Positions 8,611-17,568 of a DNA stretch of 64,000 bases are shown piece after piece. How positions within the stretch are numbered: position 1 is the stretch's first letter; every line of letters begins with the position of its first letter. The notes under the pieces are model-generated. The model did no database searches and was not told the origin of the DNA. It was given only the letters and a program-made list of their open reading frames with translations. A program made the position numbers and the translations under genes. The stretch comes from a virus. The DNA lies in the IMG/VR virus record IMGVR_UViG_3300031951_000034, positions 67,289 through 131,288 of that record. One strand, written 5' to 3'.

Positions 8611-10375
8611 CTTTGCTCAACACAAGAGAGTGGAGCATTCATTTGAAGAAAATATAATAGGAATAGTTGGCAAAAATGGTTCAGGCAAAAGTAATTTTGC
8701 AAACGCCATTTCAATCGCTATGACTGGCGAGTTCGGCAAAAAGAAGAAGAAGGATCTTATAACGTTTGGAGAAAAGACTGGCGATATATTCGTTGAGGGA
8801 GATATAAATGGAAACAATTTTTCCATAAGTAGATCTCTTCACGGTAACCAGTGCACATTAAAATATAATAATGAAGAAATTGAGGGAGCTGATTCAGTAA
8901 ATGAAAGGGTTCTAGAATTACTTGGATGCGAAAAATCTTTTTTATCAAATATGGTTTTTGTTAGCCAGACAGATATTCTAGGGGTTTTGTTTGGAAGTGT
9001 TGCAGAGAGAAATAAAACACTTAGGAAGTTTTTTGGTCTACAAAGGTTAGAGGGTTTGGACGATGCATTGACGTCATGGCACAGAAATATATCGTACCCA
9101 GCCCTTATAGATGAAGACCAAGCAAAAAACGCTATATCAAGCATAAGGTCAATGATTGATGAGAATAATAATTCTGTACAATCAAAGATGTCCGAGATAA
9201 TAGAACTAAAGGAATCTATAGATGGAATAGATTTCAATAAAATAACTAAGAATTACTCTGATTCACTGAAGAAAGACAGATTATCTGAAGAAATATCCAG
9301 AATAATAAATCAATTGGCAGATTCAGAGAAAGAACTCAGCTTGCTAGTTAAACCTACAATTGATATAGATAAAATTCAAAGAATAAAAGAGTCTTCAGAA
9401 GGCATAGATCTACTGATTGGCGCTCAAAAAAACGAACTAGAAATATTACAAGTATTCTTAAAGCACGATGGTGGGTCAATTACAGAATGCCCTTTGTGCA
9501 ACTCTACCGTAGGATCAGAGAACCTAGATGATTTTAGGGAGAGAGAGAGAAAGCTCAGACAAGACATAGACAAAAATATTTTTAAATCAAATGAATACAA
9601 AAAAGAATTAAGGCAACTTGATCGTATTGTATCTACTTATGAAGTAGAAAAAAAGCAACTACTTAAAACTATTTCTAATAGTAATGAGCTACTTGATAGC
9701 AAAAAAAAAGAATTTGATAGCAAATCGTTTCCATCTCATTCTCCAGATAAATATCAAGACGGTATAAACTTTTATAATAATGTTACCTCAAGTATCCAAA
9801 AACTTGAGTCTGAAATATATTTAATTCAATCTACAAATAAAAAATTAGAGACACAGCTACATGCACACGTATTAGACCTTAAAAAAGCCAATAATAGTAA
9901 GCTTTTATACTCTGGTACAAAGACGCATCACTCAAGAATCTCCAGAATAAGAGATATATTCAGGCATGACGGCTTGAGTGGAGTTTATATAAATCATCAA
10001 ATGAATAAGATGTCTCAATCAATTAATGAATACCTTAATAGATTTGGTGCTGCTTATAATGTAAAGCTTGGTCAAGACAATGAATTTATATGCGATTTTG
10101 GAAACAAAGTTAGACCATCAAGTGATTTGTCTTGCGGTCAAAAAGTCGTACTATCTCTAGCATTTAGGTTTGCTGCAAGAGAGATATTCACAACTGGAGT
10201 AAATTTAATAGTTCTTGATGAACCGACTACATGGTTAGACAGAGAAACTATATTGAACTTCAAAAATATAATAGAAAGTATTTCTGAGCTTTCTGACACT
10301 AACAATTTACAAACATTGATTGTTACTCACGAGAGATCATTAATGCCTTATTTTAAACAAACCATTGAATTTTAA
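8582..10375 (+). CDS. SbcC/Rad50-like SMC ATPase (gp46-like)
   Basis: GKNGSGKS, coiled coil with CPLC zinc hook, LSCGQK signature, LIVLDEPT, IVTH. Confidence 0.9.
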   Translation: MKVSKVILNNFAQHKRVEHSFEENIIGIVGKNGSGKSNFANAISIAMTGEFGKKKKKDLITFGEKTGDIFVEGDINGNNFSISRSLHGNQCTLKYNNEEIEGADSVNERVLELLGCEKSFLSNMVFVSQTDILGVLFGSVAERNKTLRKFFGLQRLEGLDDALTSWHRNISYPALIDEDQAKNAISSIRSMIDENNNSVQSKMSEIIELKESIDGIDFNKITKNYSDSLKKDRLSEEISRIINQLADSEKELSLLVKPTIDIDKIQRIKESSEGIDLLIGAQKNELEILQVFLKHDGGSITECPLCNSTVGSENLDDFRERERKLRQDIDKNIFKSNEYKKELRQLDRIVSTYEVEKKQLLKTISNSNELLDSKKKEFDSKSFPSHSPDKYQDGINFYNNVTSSIQKLESEIYLIQSTNKKLETQLHAHVLDLKKANNSKLLYSGTKTHHSRISRIRDIFRHDGLSGVYINHQMNKMSQSINEYLNRFGAAYNVKLGQDNEFICDFGNKVRPSSDLSCGQKVVLSLAFRFAAREIFTTGVNLIVLDEPTTWLDRETILNFKNIIESISELSDTNNLQTLIVTHERSLMPYFKQTIEF

Positions 10376-10727
10376 TTATATGGTAAACAAAAAAAAAGAT
10401 CTTGGTATATCAATATCAAAAACTAAGAAGGCATACAAATTGCTGTCGATAAAAAAAGTTGACGATAAGGTTTACCCACTTTTTATTGACAAAAAGAACA
10501 GCATACCAATTGGTGAATGGATAAAAGCAAAAAGCTTGCCAACCGATGGTTTTAGGCTTAGGAGTGGTTGGCATTCGTGCATGACGCCGAATGCTCCACA
10601 CCTGACAGAGAAAAATAGAAAATGGTTTCATGTAGAAATATGTAACTACAAGGAATTTGAAAGACCAGATGCACAGGGAAAAAAATGGTATGTATCTGAG
10701 TGGATCAAAATCCTGAAACCCGCTTAA
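10365..10727 (+). CDS. hypothetical protein
   Basis: coupled ORF; LRSGWHSC..PNAPHL, RKWFHVE. Confidence 0.55.
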   Translation: MNFNYMVNKKKDLGISISKTKKAYKLLSIKKVDDKVYPLFIDKKNSIPIGEWIKAKSLPTDGFRLRSGWHSCMTPNAPHLTEKNRKWFHVEICNYKEFERPDAQGKKWYVSEWIKILKPA

Positions 10728-10739
10728 CTGAAACTTTAA

Positions 10740-12170
10740 ATGAAATTTAATATAATTAGATCTAATGGACTTATAAAAATACAGCCATTCAACACCGAAA
10801 TACTCGAAGAGCTTAGTTTTTTCTATAAATATAGAGCAAAGATAAAAAAAAGTTTTTTTGACAAAAGAATAGGAAAAATAAGAGAAATATTAGTTGATGG
10901 TCCATTGAAGGTGATAAAGAAGAATCTGTATTCCTTCACAAAGGATCAAACAGGTATCATTACACACGATGGGCTTTTACCTAGAGTTAAGAACTACCTA
11001 GATCTTAATTCACATGAATACGAGGTGGAGAACATTGGAGACGGCTTTGCAAAACCCGTAATTACCGATAGAGTGTATGAAGGGTTGTATCCAGATCAAA
11101 AATGTGCAGTTGAGCTTATGCTGTCGCAGGACGGTGGATGTATGATCGAAGCGGCTACAAATACTGGTAAAACTAGAATTATTGCCTCTATCTGTAGAGC
11201 ATATAAAGGCAAAAAAGGAATAGTTGTTACTAATAGACAGTCAGTTGCAATAAAACTTTACAAAGATTTAATAGAATTGTCGCCAGAGTCTAATCCTGGA
11301 GTTTATTTATCTACGGCTAAAAAGAGTGGAGACACAATGGTAATCACATCTTCTTCTTTAGATAAATTTAATCCAGAGTCAATAGATTATATAATTTATG
11401 ACGAAGCGCATGGAGCGGGTAGTGAAGTTCGTTCACAGAATTTATTAAACTTCAAGGGTGCAGTTAGGTATGGTTTGTCTGCGACTCTTGGAGGCGGGTT
11501 CAAAGGAATAGATAAATATCTGGAGTCAATATTTGGTCCAATAGTATTTAGTCTTACAGACCAACAACTTGAAGCAATGAATAGAGCTACACCGCTCCAT
11601 GTACATGTCATGGATATAACCACAGGGCCAGCATTCTCTAGTGGAACACAATCATTGACGATGGAGAGAAACGGAGTATGGTTCAATCGACAGAGAAATA
11701 AGCTGATAAAAGAATGCGTGGATATATGCCCACCAGACCAACAATTAGTTATATATGTAAGAACTTATACTCATTTAGAGGAATTGATGTATAGGTACCT
11801 GGACGATTCATTTAAGGTTTTTCACGGAAAACTTCCAGCCAAGGAAAAGAAAAAGTTATTAGACGGATTCAATAGTGGAGAAATAAAAAGAATGGTTTCC
11901 ACTGATTGTTTGGCTGAGGGTGTGGACCCCAAAAATCTTTATGTGATCATAAACGCAAATTGGATGCAATCGGATATATCTGTTCTACAAAAAGCTGGGA
12001 GAAATAGAAGATTAACCGATGGCAAGGAGTTTGGGGTTGTGATAGACTTTAATGATTGTTGGGATGAACGCATGACCAGGAAATCAAAAAATAGATTAAA
12101 ACATTATTCAACAAAAGGTTATAAAATATTTGAATCGTCATCTCCCTCTAAAATAGAGTTTGTAAAATGA
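10740..12170 (+). CDS. superfamily 2 helicase (UvsW-like)
   Basis: AATNTGKT, IIYDEAH, GLSAT, STDCLAEGVD, QKAGRNRR. Confidence 0.85.
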   Translation: MKFNIIRSNGLIKIQPFNTEILEELSFFYKYRAKIKKSFFDKRIGKIREILVDGPLKVIKKNLYSFTKDQTGIITHDGLLPRVKNYLDLNSHEYEVENIGDGFAKPVITDRVYEGLYPDQKCAVELMLSQDGGCMIEAATNTGKTRIIASICRAYKGKKGIVVTNRQSVAIKLYKDLIELSPESNPGVYLSTAKKSGDTMVITSSSLDKFNPESIDYIIYDEAHGAGSEVRSQNLLNFKGAVRYGLSATLGGGFKGIDKYLESIFGPIVFSLTDQQLEAMNRATPLHVHVMDITTGPAFSSGTQSLTMERNGVWFNRQRNKLIKECVDICPPDQQLVIYVRTYTHLEELMYRYLDDSFKVFHGKLPAKEKKKLLDGFNSGEIKRMVSTDCLAEGVDPKNLYVIINANWMQSDISVLQKAGRNRRLTDGKEFGVVIDFNDCWDERMTRKSKNRLKHYSTKGYKIFESSSPSKIEFVK

Positions 12171-12433
12171 GTAATACAAAAATTCAAAACACTATTGATT
12201 CCTGCCTGTGCGAGGATCAAGAAATTCAATTAGCCGATGGGTATGAAGATGCCTTTGTGGGTATTGCTACTCAATTTGATAGGACATTTGCTGTTTATGA
12301 TCGTGCCAAGTGCGTAGAGACCCTTATGAAAGACATGTCTCACGACGAAGCCGAGGAATACTTTCAGTTTAATGTCGAAGGAGCTTATGTAGGAAAAAAC
12401 ACCCCAGCCTTCATTTGCTTTGAAAGGAGCTAA
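12167..12433 (+). CDS. phage hypothetical protein
   Basis: LADGYEDAFVG...AVYD...EAEEYFQFNVEGAYVG.NTP pattern familiar from large phages. Confidence 0.6.
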   Translation: MSNTKIQNTIDSCLCEDQEIQLADGYEDAFVGIATQFDRTFAVYDRAKCVETLMKDMSHDEAEEYFQFNVEGAYVGKNTPAFICFERS

Positions 12434-13091
12434 AATGGCAACAAACGAAAGCCAGCAAGAAAACATAACACCATGGAACATAAAAAAAATATACGAAATT
12501 TTTAGAAGAAGATCGACACCAGGATATAAATCTGGAACAAAATTTGATGATTGCTGGATAAAACTAGCAAACACACTTAAACAAAAAAACATATGCCCCG
12601 TTCTCTATTTGGAGAGTTTGTTCGAGAAATGGGGAGGTATTCCATTTCCATCTCAGCTATGTGGCGAGCGCTCTATGACAATCTTCAGTCAATACCTAGA
12701 AAAAGGTGAAACAGTTGGTCAAATGGAGTTCGAGAATGAAATAAGAATACTAAATAATTATTTAAATAACCCAAATAATAAGGAAAAAGAATTGGACGAT
12801 GTTTTATTGTTAGATTTTTTACCAATAAAATCATACACAAGAGTATTGCTTTGTTCTGATAACATCTTCGATAAACTAAAAAAATATACAGGCACTGCAA
12901 TTGCAGAATTAAAGTCAAACCCCTCAACAAATAAATACATAAAAGAAAACTATGTCTCAAGATATATCAGATTATTTCCACAAAGAATTTCAAAGAGCAT
13001 TAATAGCGAATATAATGAGATCCCCGAGCCTTCTTCAGGTTCTCAGAGACGGGAGGATGTCCCAATTAGACGTAGACCTTCCAATACATAG
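12420..13091 (+). CDS. hypothetical protein (possible helicase loader)
   Basis: 223-aa ORF overlapping the DnaB start; function guessed from position only. Confidence 0.5.
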   Translation: MKGAKMATNESQQENITPWNIKKIYEIFRRRSTPGYKSGTKFDDCWIKLANTLKQKNICPVLYLESLFEKWGGIPFPSQLCGERSMTIFSQYLEKGETVGQMEFENEIRILNNYLNNPNNKEKELDDVLLLDFLPIKSYTRVLLCSDNIFDKLKKYTGTAIAELKSNPSTNKYIKENYVSRYIRLFPQRISKSINSEYNEIPEPSSGSQRREDVPIRRRPSNT

Positions 13092-14355
13092 AGCTGTAAT
13101 ACAAGCATGTATTGAAATACTAAAACATCAGAACCAAGAAGTTGTTAACGGCATACACATGGAGCTTTTAGCTTTGCAGCTTAATTCCATGATAAAAATT
13201 GGTGTAATAATGGAAGAGGAAAAGCCTGGCTTAATAAGCGAGGTAGATAGAATGTACTCCATGAGCATTCATCCAGAGTATTTTCTTTCTATACTTCCAA
13301 GTTATTTGTCTGAAGTAAGAATAAAACGATTAATAAAAGGATATAAGCCAGGAGAAGCTGTAGACCTTGCAAGAAGGCTTGAACTTACAATCGATGATAC
13401 AATGTCGATAGGTAAGGAAGAAGAAGATGTTGAGGTGTCCCCATTAATAACCCCCTTGCTGTCTCACACTCCAGTAATAACTGTGCCAAGTGGAATAAGC
13501 TCCATAGACTCCAGAATGACTGGTGGACTTGGTAAGGGGGAGCTTGGTATAATTTGCGGTATGACAGGTTTAGGAAAGACAACCCTAGCCGTTAATTTTT
13601 GTTGGGGGGCTGCATCTGCCACATACAAAGCTCTATTGATTACACTGGAGATTCCAGCCAAAAAAATATCAGAACGTTTGTATTCAAGAATAACTCAAAT
13701 AGATTATTCTAGGATTCGTTCTGGTGACAATGGCGACATGGAAAATGTAAATAGAGAGGTATGGGGTATAGTCAGCCAGGTCCCAGATCGTATAAGACAA
13801 AACTTCAGGATACTGGATTTTTCTAAGGATTCTTGCTCTATCAAAGAAATCGGAAAAAGGCTCTCTAAGATGAGAGCACAAAACGATTTGCCAGATGTTG
13901 TATTTTTAGATTGGCTAGACGCCTTAGAAACAGACCCAGAGGATAGAATAAAGGGAACAGTAAAAAGAGAATTACGACATGAATTGAGAGAGTATTCAAA
14001 TAAATGCTCTGAATTGGCCAAGGAATATAATGTAGCTTTTTGGGCTACGACACAATCTAATGCCAGTGGAGACAACAACAGAAACATTAGAATGACTAAC
14101 GCCTCCGAGGGATTTGGCAAATCTCACAGGTGTTCAGTGTTCTTAGGTATAGGAGCTACTGACGCTGACCGAGAAACTGGAAGGCTTACAGTTAAAGCCG
14201 GAAAGATGAGGGATGGTCGAATATTTGAGACACAAATACAGGCCAGGCTCGATAAACAAACCTTTGAGGATGTACCACCAGACTTAGATTTTGCACCACC
14301 AGAAGCTGCCAATTTTACTCCAATAAATGAAAGAGGCGCAAATGCTAATAGATAA
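12952..14355 (+). CDS. dnaB: replicative DNA helicase, DnaB-like
   Basis: ICGMTGLGKT, LITLE, VVFLDWLD, WATTQSN, KAGKMRDG. Confidence 0.85.
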   Translation: MSQDISDYFHKEFQRALIANIMRSPSLLQVLRDGRMSQLDVDLPIHRAVIQACIEILKHQNQEVVNGIHMELLALQLNSMIKIGVIMEEEKPGLISEVDRMYSMSIHPEYFLSILPSYLSEVRIKRLIKGYKPGEAVDLARRLELTIDDTMSIGKEEEDVEVSPLITPLLSHTPVITVPSGISSIDSRMTGGLGKGELGIICGMTGLGKTTLAVNFCWGAASATYKALLITLEIPAKKISERLYSRITQIDYSRIRSGDNGDMENVNREVWGIVSQVPDRIRQNFRILDFSKDSCSIKEIGKRLSKMRAQNDLPDVVFLDWLDALETDPEDRIKGTVKRELRHELREYSNKCSELAKEYNVAFWATTQSNASGDNNRNIRMTNASEGFGKSHRCSVFLGIGATDADRETGRLTVKAGKMRDGRIFETQIQARLDKQTFEDVPPDLDFAPPEAANFTPINERGANANR

Positions 14356-15385
14356 AGAACAGGTCATTAAGCAGTTTCCAGAAGCTAAAATCTCAAATGC
14401 TAGTGGACACATAGAATATGTTGTACACTGCAGAAAGTTCCACAAAAAGGGTGGAAAATATAAACTATCTATAAACTCAGAAACAGGCGCATTCATGTGT
14501 AATGACTGCGGCTGGAAGGGAAATGCTCTTCAAGAGTTCTTTGACGAAGGTTCTCAATTTTTTGCGAGTATGAAAATACATCGCAGATATGATGTACCTG
14601 AATCGACCAGCTCTTTTAGGTCGTATAACCACGTGGAATGGAGAGATGGTATACCTTCTCCAGGAAAACTAAAATCAATATCTTGCCTGGACCCCAAACA
14701 TCCAGCTGTAAATTACCTAAGAGAAAGAGGTGTCACAGATAGTGATTGCCATGCATATGATATACAATATTGTACTCATGGTTACTATTACTTTTGCTCA
14801 AGATTAGGTACTACTTCTGGAAGGATTATTTTTCCAATATATATGTCAAACAAGCTTGTTGGGTGGCAGGCAAGACAAGTAGACAGAAACAACCCAGAGA
14901 GAGAAGTTTGGCATGGAGAGGAAGTTGGATGGTGGAAACCCAAGAAGGTTAAACTATCTGACGGTAAAATAACGTATAGTGATTACGAAGTCCCTAAGTA
15001 TTACACATGCCCTGGAATGCATAGATCAAGGTCTTTATTAAACTTTGATTATGCTATAAAAGACAGTGACATGGTTGTTGTAGTTGAGGGACCGATAGAC
15101 TGTATAAAGGTTGGGGAAAGGTCTGTTGCAACGTTCGGCAAAAAGATAACAAAAGATCAAATACGTATATTAAAATCTAATTGGTCTAAAGTATTGATGA
15201 TATTAGATGAAGAGGTAGATACTAATGAGCCATGGTTTAAGGAGCTTGAAAACTCATTCGAAGGGGTATATTTTTTATGGATGAAGTTGTCCGATTTTGA
15301 AGACCCTGGTTCTGCTCCAAGAGAAGAAATATGGAAACAAATTAAACAAAAGACAAAAAATGACTACAGTGCAAAAATATCCTGA
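14342..15385 (+). CDS. dnaG: DNA primase, DnaG-like
   Basis: N-terminal Zn-binding C..H...CNDC, GRIIFPI, KYY, TOPRIM VVVEGPIDC and MILDEE; start at 14342 or 14327. Confidence 0.8.
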   Translation: MLIDKEQVIKQFPEAKISNASGHIEYVVHCRKFHKKGGKYKLSINSETGAFMCNDCGWKGNALQEFFDEGSQFFASMKIHRRYDVPESTSSFRSYNHVEWRDGIPSPGKLKSISCLDPKHPAVNYLRERGVTDSDCHAYDIQYCTHGYYYFCSRLGTTSGRIIFPIYMSNKLVGWQARQVDRNNPEREVWHGEEVGWWKPKKVKLSDGKITYSDYEVPKYYTCPGMHRSRSLLNFDYAIKDSDMVVVVEGPIDCIKVGERSVATFGKKITKDQIRILKSNWSKVLMILDEEVDTNEPWFKELENSFEGVYFLWMKLSDFEDPGSAPREEIWKQIKQKTKNDYSAKIS

Positions 15386-15611
15386 TGACATAGAAAATAT
15401 TATTTATGAAATACTTGCAAGTGTCCCGGAGGACTCAAATGGCATAAGTATTTCAGATATTTTTCAAGTCATTATACAGACAAGAAAAATAGATATTAAA
15501 CCTGAAGCAGTTTATCAATTTATACAGAGAATGTGTAAAGAAGGTATGGCAGAGAAGATAAATGAAAACTTATATAAAGGTATTAAGTTTGATCCTGAGT
15601 TCCCCATTTAA
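15360..15611 (+). CDS. small protein, possible winged helix
   Basis: 83 aa from ATG 15360; ISISDIFQ...VYQFIQRMCKEG. Confidence 0.5.
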   Translation: MTTVQKYPDDIENIIYEILASVPEDSNGISISDIFQVIIQTRKIDIKPEAVYQFIQRMCKEGMAEKINENLYKGIKFDPEFPI

Positions 15612-15617
15612 AGAATA

Positions 15618-15915
15618 AATAAATTTTTGGCTTTTGATGGCAGATTGCCATCTTTTTAAAATGCTTATAGCAACTCGACGCTCGCAGATAGCAGGCGTCA
15701 TGTAATTCTTCAGTAAACGCTTGCAGACCTGCAAATTACCGGGTACCGGCTGCACAAGTGCAGCCTTAACCCGGAATTTGCAGGCAGCGGCGCATTACTG
15801 AAGAATTGTACTCCGCCGCGAGGGGAGGAAACCGTCCTGAACCACCCGGTGGGCAGCCTGGTTGCACCAGGCAGCCCAACCGGGCCAGTTCAGGACTCAT
15901 TCGCAAAAATTTATT
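15618..15915 (+). ncRNA. retron-like msr-msd cassette 1 (predicted)
   Basis: 12-bp terminal IR aataaatttttg (15618-29)/caaaaatttatt (15904-15); G15630-C after the 5' arm; C15902-G15903 before the 3' arm; SL gatggca-gat-tgccatc; long hairpins 15701-15810 and 15834-15896. Confidence 0.7.
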
Positions 15916-15923
15916 ACTATAAA

Positions 15924-16316
15924 AAGTTCTGGCTATTAGACAGAAGGTTTCTGTCATTTTATTATGTCACGTACATATAAGTGGTGTCCTGAGGCACCAG
16001 AGTAACTGGTCCGCCACGACACGAGCTGGATCGTGCCCACGGAATTCGTCAGGGGAGCTCACTCCACCCGGCAGGCCCATTAGGCCCTGCCGAGGTGGAG
16101 GAGCCTCCCCAGACGACCTTCCTTTGGGCACGTCCTACTCGTGCGTGCGCGGCCTTCCAACCGTGCCAACACTGTAGGGCCCTGGAGCCTCGCGCCCCGG
16201 TTCTCTACGTGTCTGGGTCACGGCGTTCACCGGGGAGCTTCTGCTCCAGGGCCCTCACAGTATGGCACGGTGTACGGCCACCAGTTACAAACTCTTACGA
16301 GTTTTACGCAGAACTT
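15924..16316 (+). ncRNA. retron-like msr-msd cassette 2 (predicted)
   Basis: 8-bp terminal IR aagttctg (15924-31)/cagaactt (16309-16); G15932-C; C16307-G16308; SL gacagaa-ggt-ttctgtc; inner stem gtaactggt/accagttac enclosing hairpins at about 16011-16152 and 16161-16270. Confidence 0.7.
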
Positions 16317-16330
16317 GAATAAAATATAAG

Positions 16331-16687
16331 AAAATTTCTGGCTTTTGTTGCACGGTTGTGCAACTTTCATCATTGCAGTTTAGTCAATGTAAGGCCTGCA
16401 CTGTGGCGTCATAGAAAATCACGATCTACGCCCCTCACAGCGGGTCTTCAGGCCTACCACCGGTAGGCCTGAAGGTCCCCGTCTGGAGAGGCTGCGATCA
16501 GGTCTTGGACGCCTGTAAGTACAGGCCGTAAGCGGATCTCTCGCCGGTTCCACACCGACGGGCCCTATCCGGCTATCCACGGGTTGCTAACTGAGGTGAC
16601 CTACGGTCACCTCAGACCGCACGCCCGTGGAGCCGGAGCGCCCGCAGTGCGCAACCGGCAATTCGCTCCTTTCTACGCAGAAATTTT
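16331..16687 (+). ncRNA. retron-like msr-msd cassette 3 (predicted)
   Basis: 10-bp terminal IR aaaatttctg (16331-40)/cagaaatttt (16678-87); G16341-C; C16676-G16677; SL gttgcac-ggtt-gtgcaac; hairpins at about 16423-16499 (13-bp perfect apex) and 16531-16667 (11-bp perfect apex). Confidence 0.7.
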
Positions 16688-16691
16688 TAAA

Positions 16692-17543
16692 ATGAATAAT
16701 CCAACGAAATTAAATATACTGCCACTCCATACACATACGACATACAGTCTTATGGATGGGGTGTCTGACATAGATCAGTACATAAAATACTGCAAACAAA
16801 ACAATATTGATGCATGTAGTTGCACTGACCATGGATATGTACTAGGTCTATACGATCTAATAACAAAAACTAAAGAATCTGGAATTAAGGGTATTCCAGG
16901 AATTGAGATTTATCTAGCTCCACATTCAGAATATATATATAACCAAAACTTAAAGAAATTTGATTATTTTCATTTGACCCTGTGGGCAGCAAATAAAACT
17001 GGATATGATAATTTATTATCAATTTCTAATTGCTCATGGGGGCACGGAAGAGTTGTAAAAAAATTTGGTCAACCAAAGCCAAGGGCAATATGGGAAGACC
17101 TTGAGTCATATAGAGATGGTATTATATGTGGAACTGGATGCATCGAGGGGCCAATAGTTAAACCATTCCTAAGAATGGAAAAAGATATGGCCACTTATAA
17201 TGCGTGTAGACTGATGGACATATTTGGAGATAAATTGTTTGCAGAAGTTATGCCGCACTCTGTAGATAGAGATTGGACAACTAAAAACATTTACCAAGTT
17301 GACAACGAAAATGGCATAACCTATACATTCTCTGGATCAGATATAATCGAAACTGAGATTGGTTCCATAACTGTAAAAGAGGCGTTTGAAAAAAAAGTGT
17401 CTCAAATCTATTCAGCAATTACAAACAGACCTCAAGATATGCCGCTTTCAGATAGGATAATAACTATCGAAGATGAATCTATTGACTCAGAAGATGATCA
17501 AGGCTGTCAAAAGATAATGCCAAGAAAAATAGTAATAGATTAA
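16692..17543 (+). CDS. dnaE: DNA polymerase III alpha, N-terminal PHP fragment
   Basis: LHTHTTYSLMDG, CTDHG, GIPGIEIY, HLTLWA, AEVMPH; ATG 16692 preferred over the track start 16584. Confidence 0.85.
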   Translation: MNNPTKLNILPLHTHTTYSLMDGVSDIDQYIKYCKQNNIDACSCTDHGYVLGLYDLITKTKESGIKGIPGIEIYLAPHSEYIYNQNLKKFDYFHLTLWAANKTGYDNLLSISNCSWGHGRVVKKFGQPKPRAIWEDLESYRDGIICGTGCIEGPIVKPFLRMEKDMATYNACRLMDIFGDKLFAEVMPHSVDRDWTTKNIYQVDNENGITYTFSGSDIIETEIGSITVKEAFEKKVSQIYSAITNRPQDMPLSDRIITIEDESIDSEDDQGCQKIMPRKIVID

Positions 17544-17568
17544 GCATTGATATAGAATTTATATAAAT

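Noticed and set aside
15570-16329. Track ORFs 15570-15755(-), 15766-15957(-), 16095-16322(+), 16141-16329(+)
   Set aside because: Short, GC-rich, unlike the genome's codon style, and they run through hairpin arms; better explained as chance ORFs in structured non-coding DNA.
15618-16687. CRISPR array interpretation
   Set aside because: No identical 23-50-bp direct repeats with regular spacers and no cas genes; units are 300-400 nt and conserved in structure, not sequence.
16584-16691. N-terminal extension of the DnaE PHP ORF (TTG start at 16584)
   Set aside because: Lies within cassette 3 hairpin B; ATG 16692 in AT-rich context gives a normal PHP start just before LHTHT.
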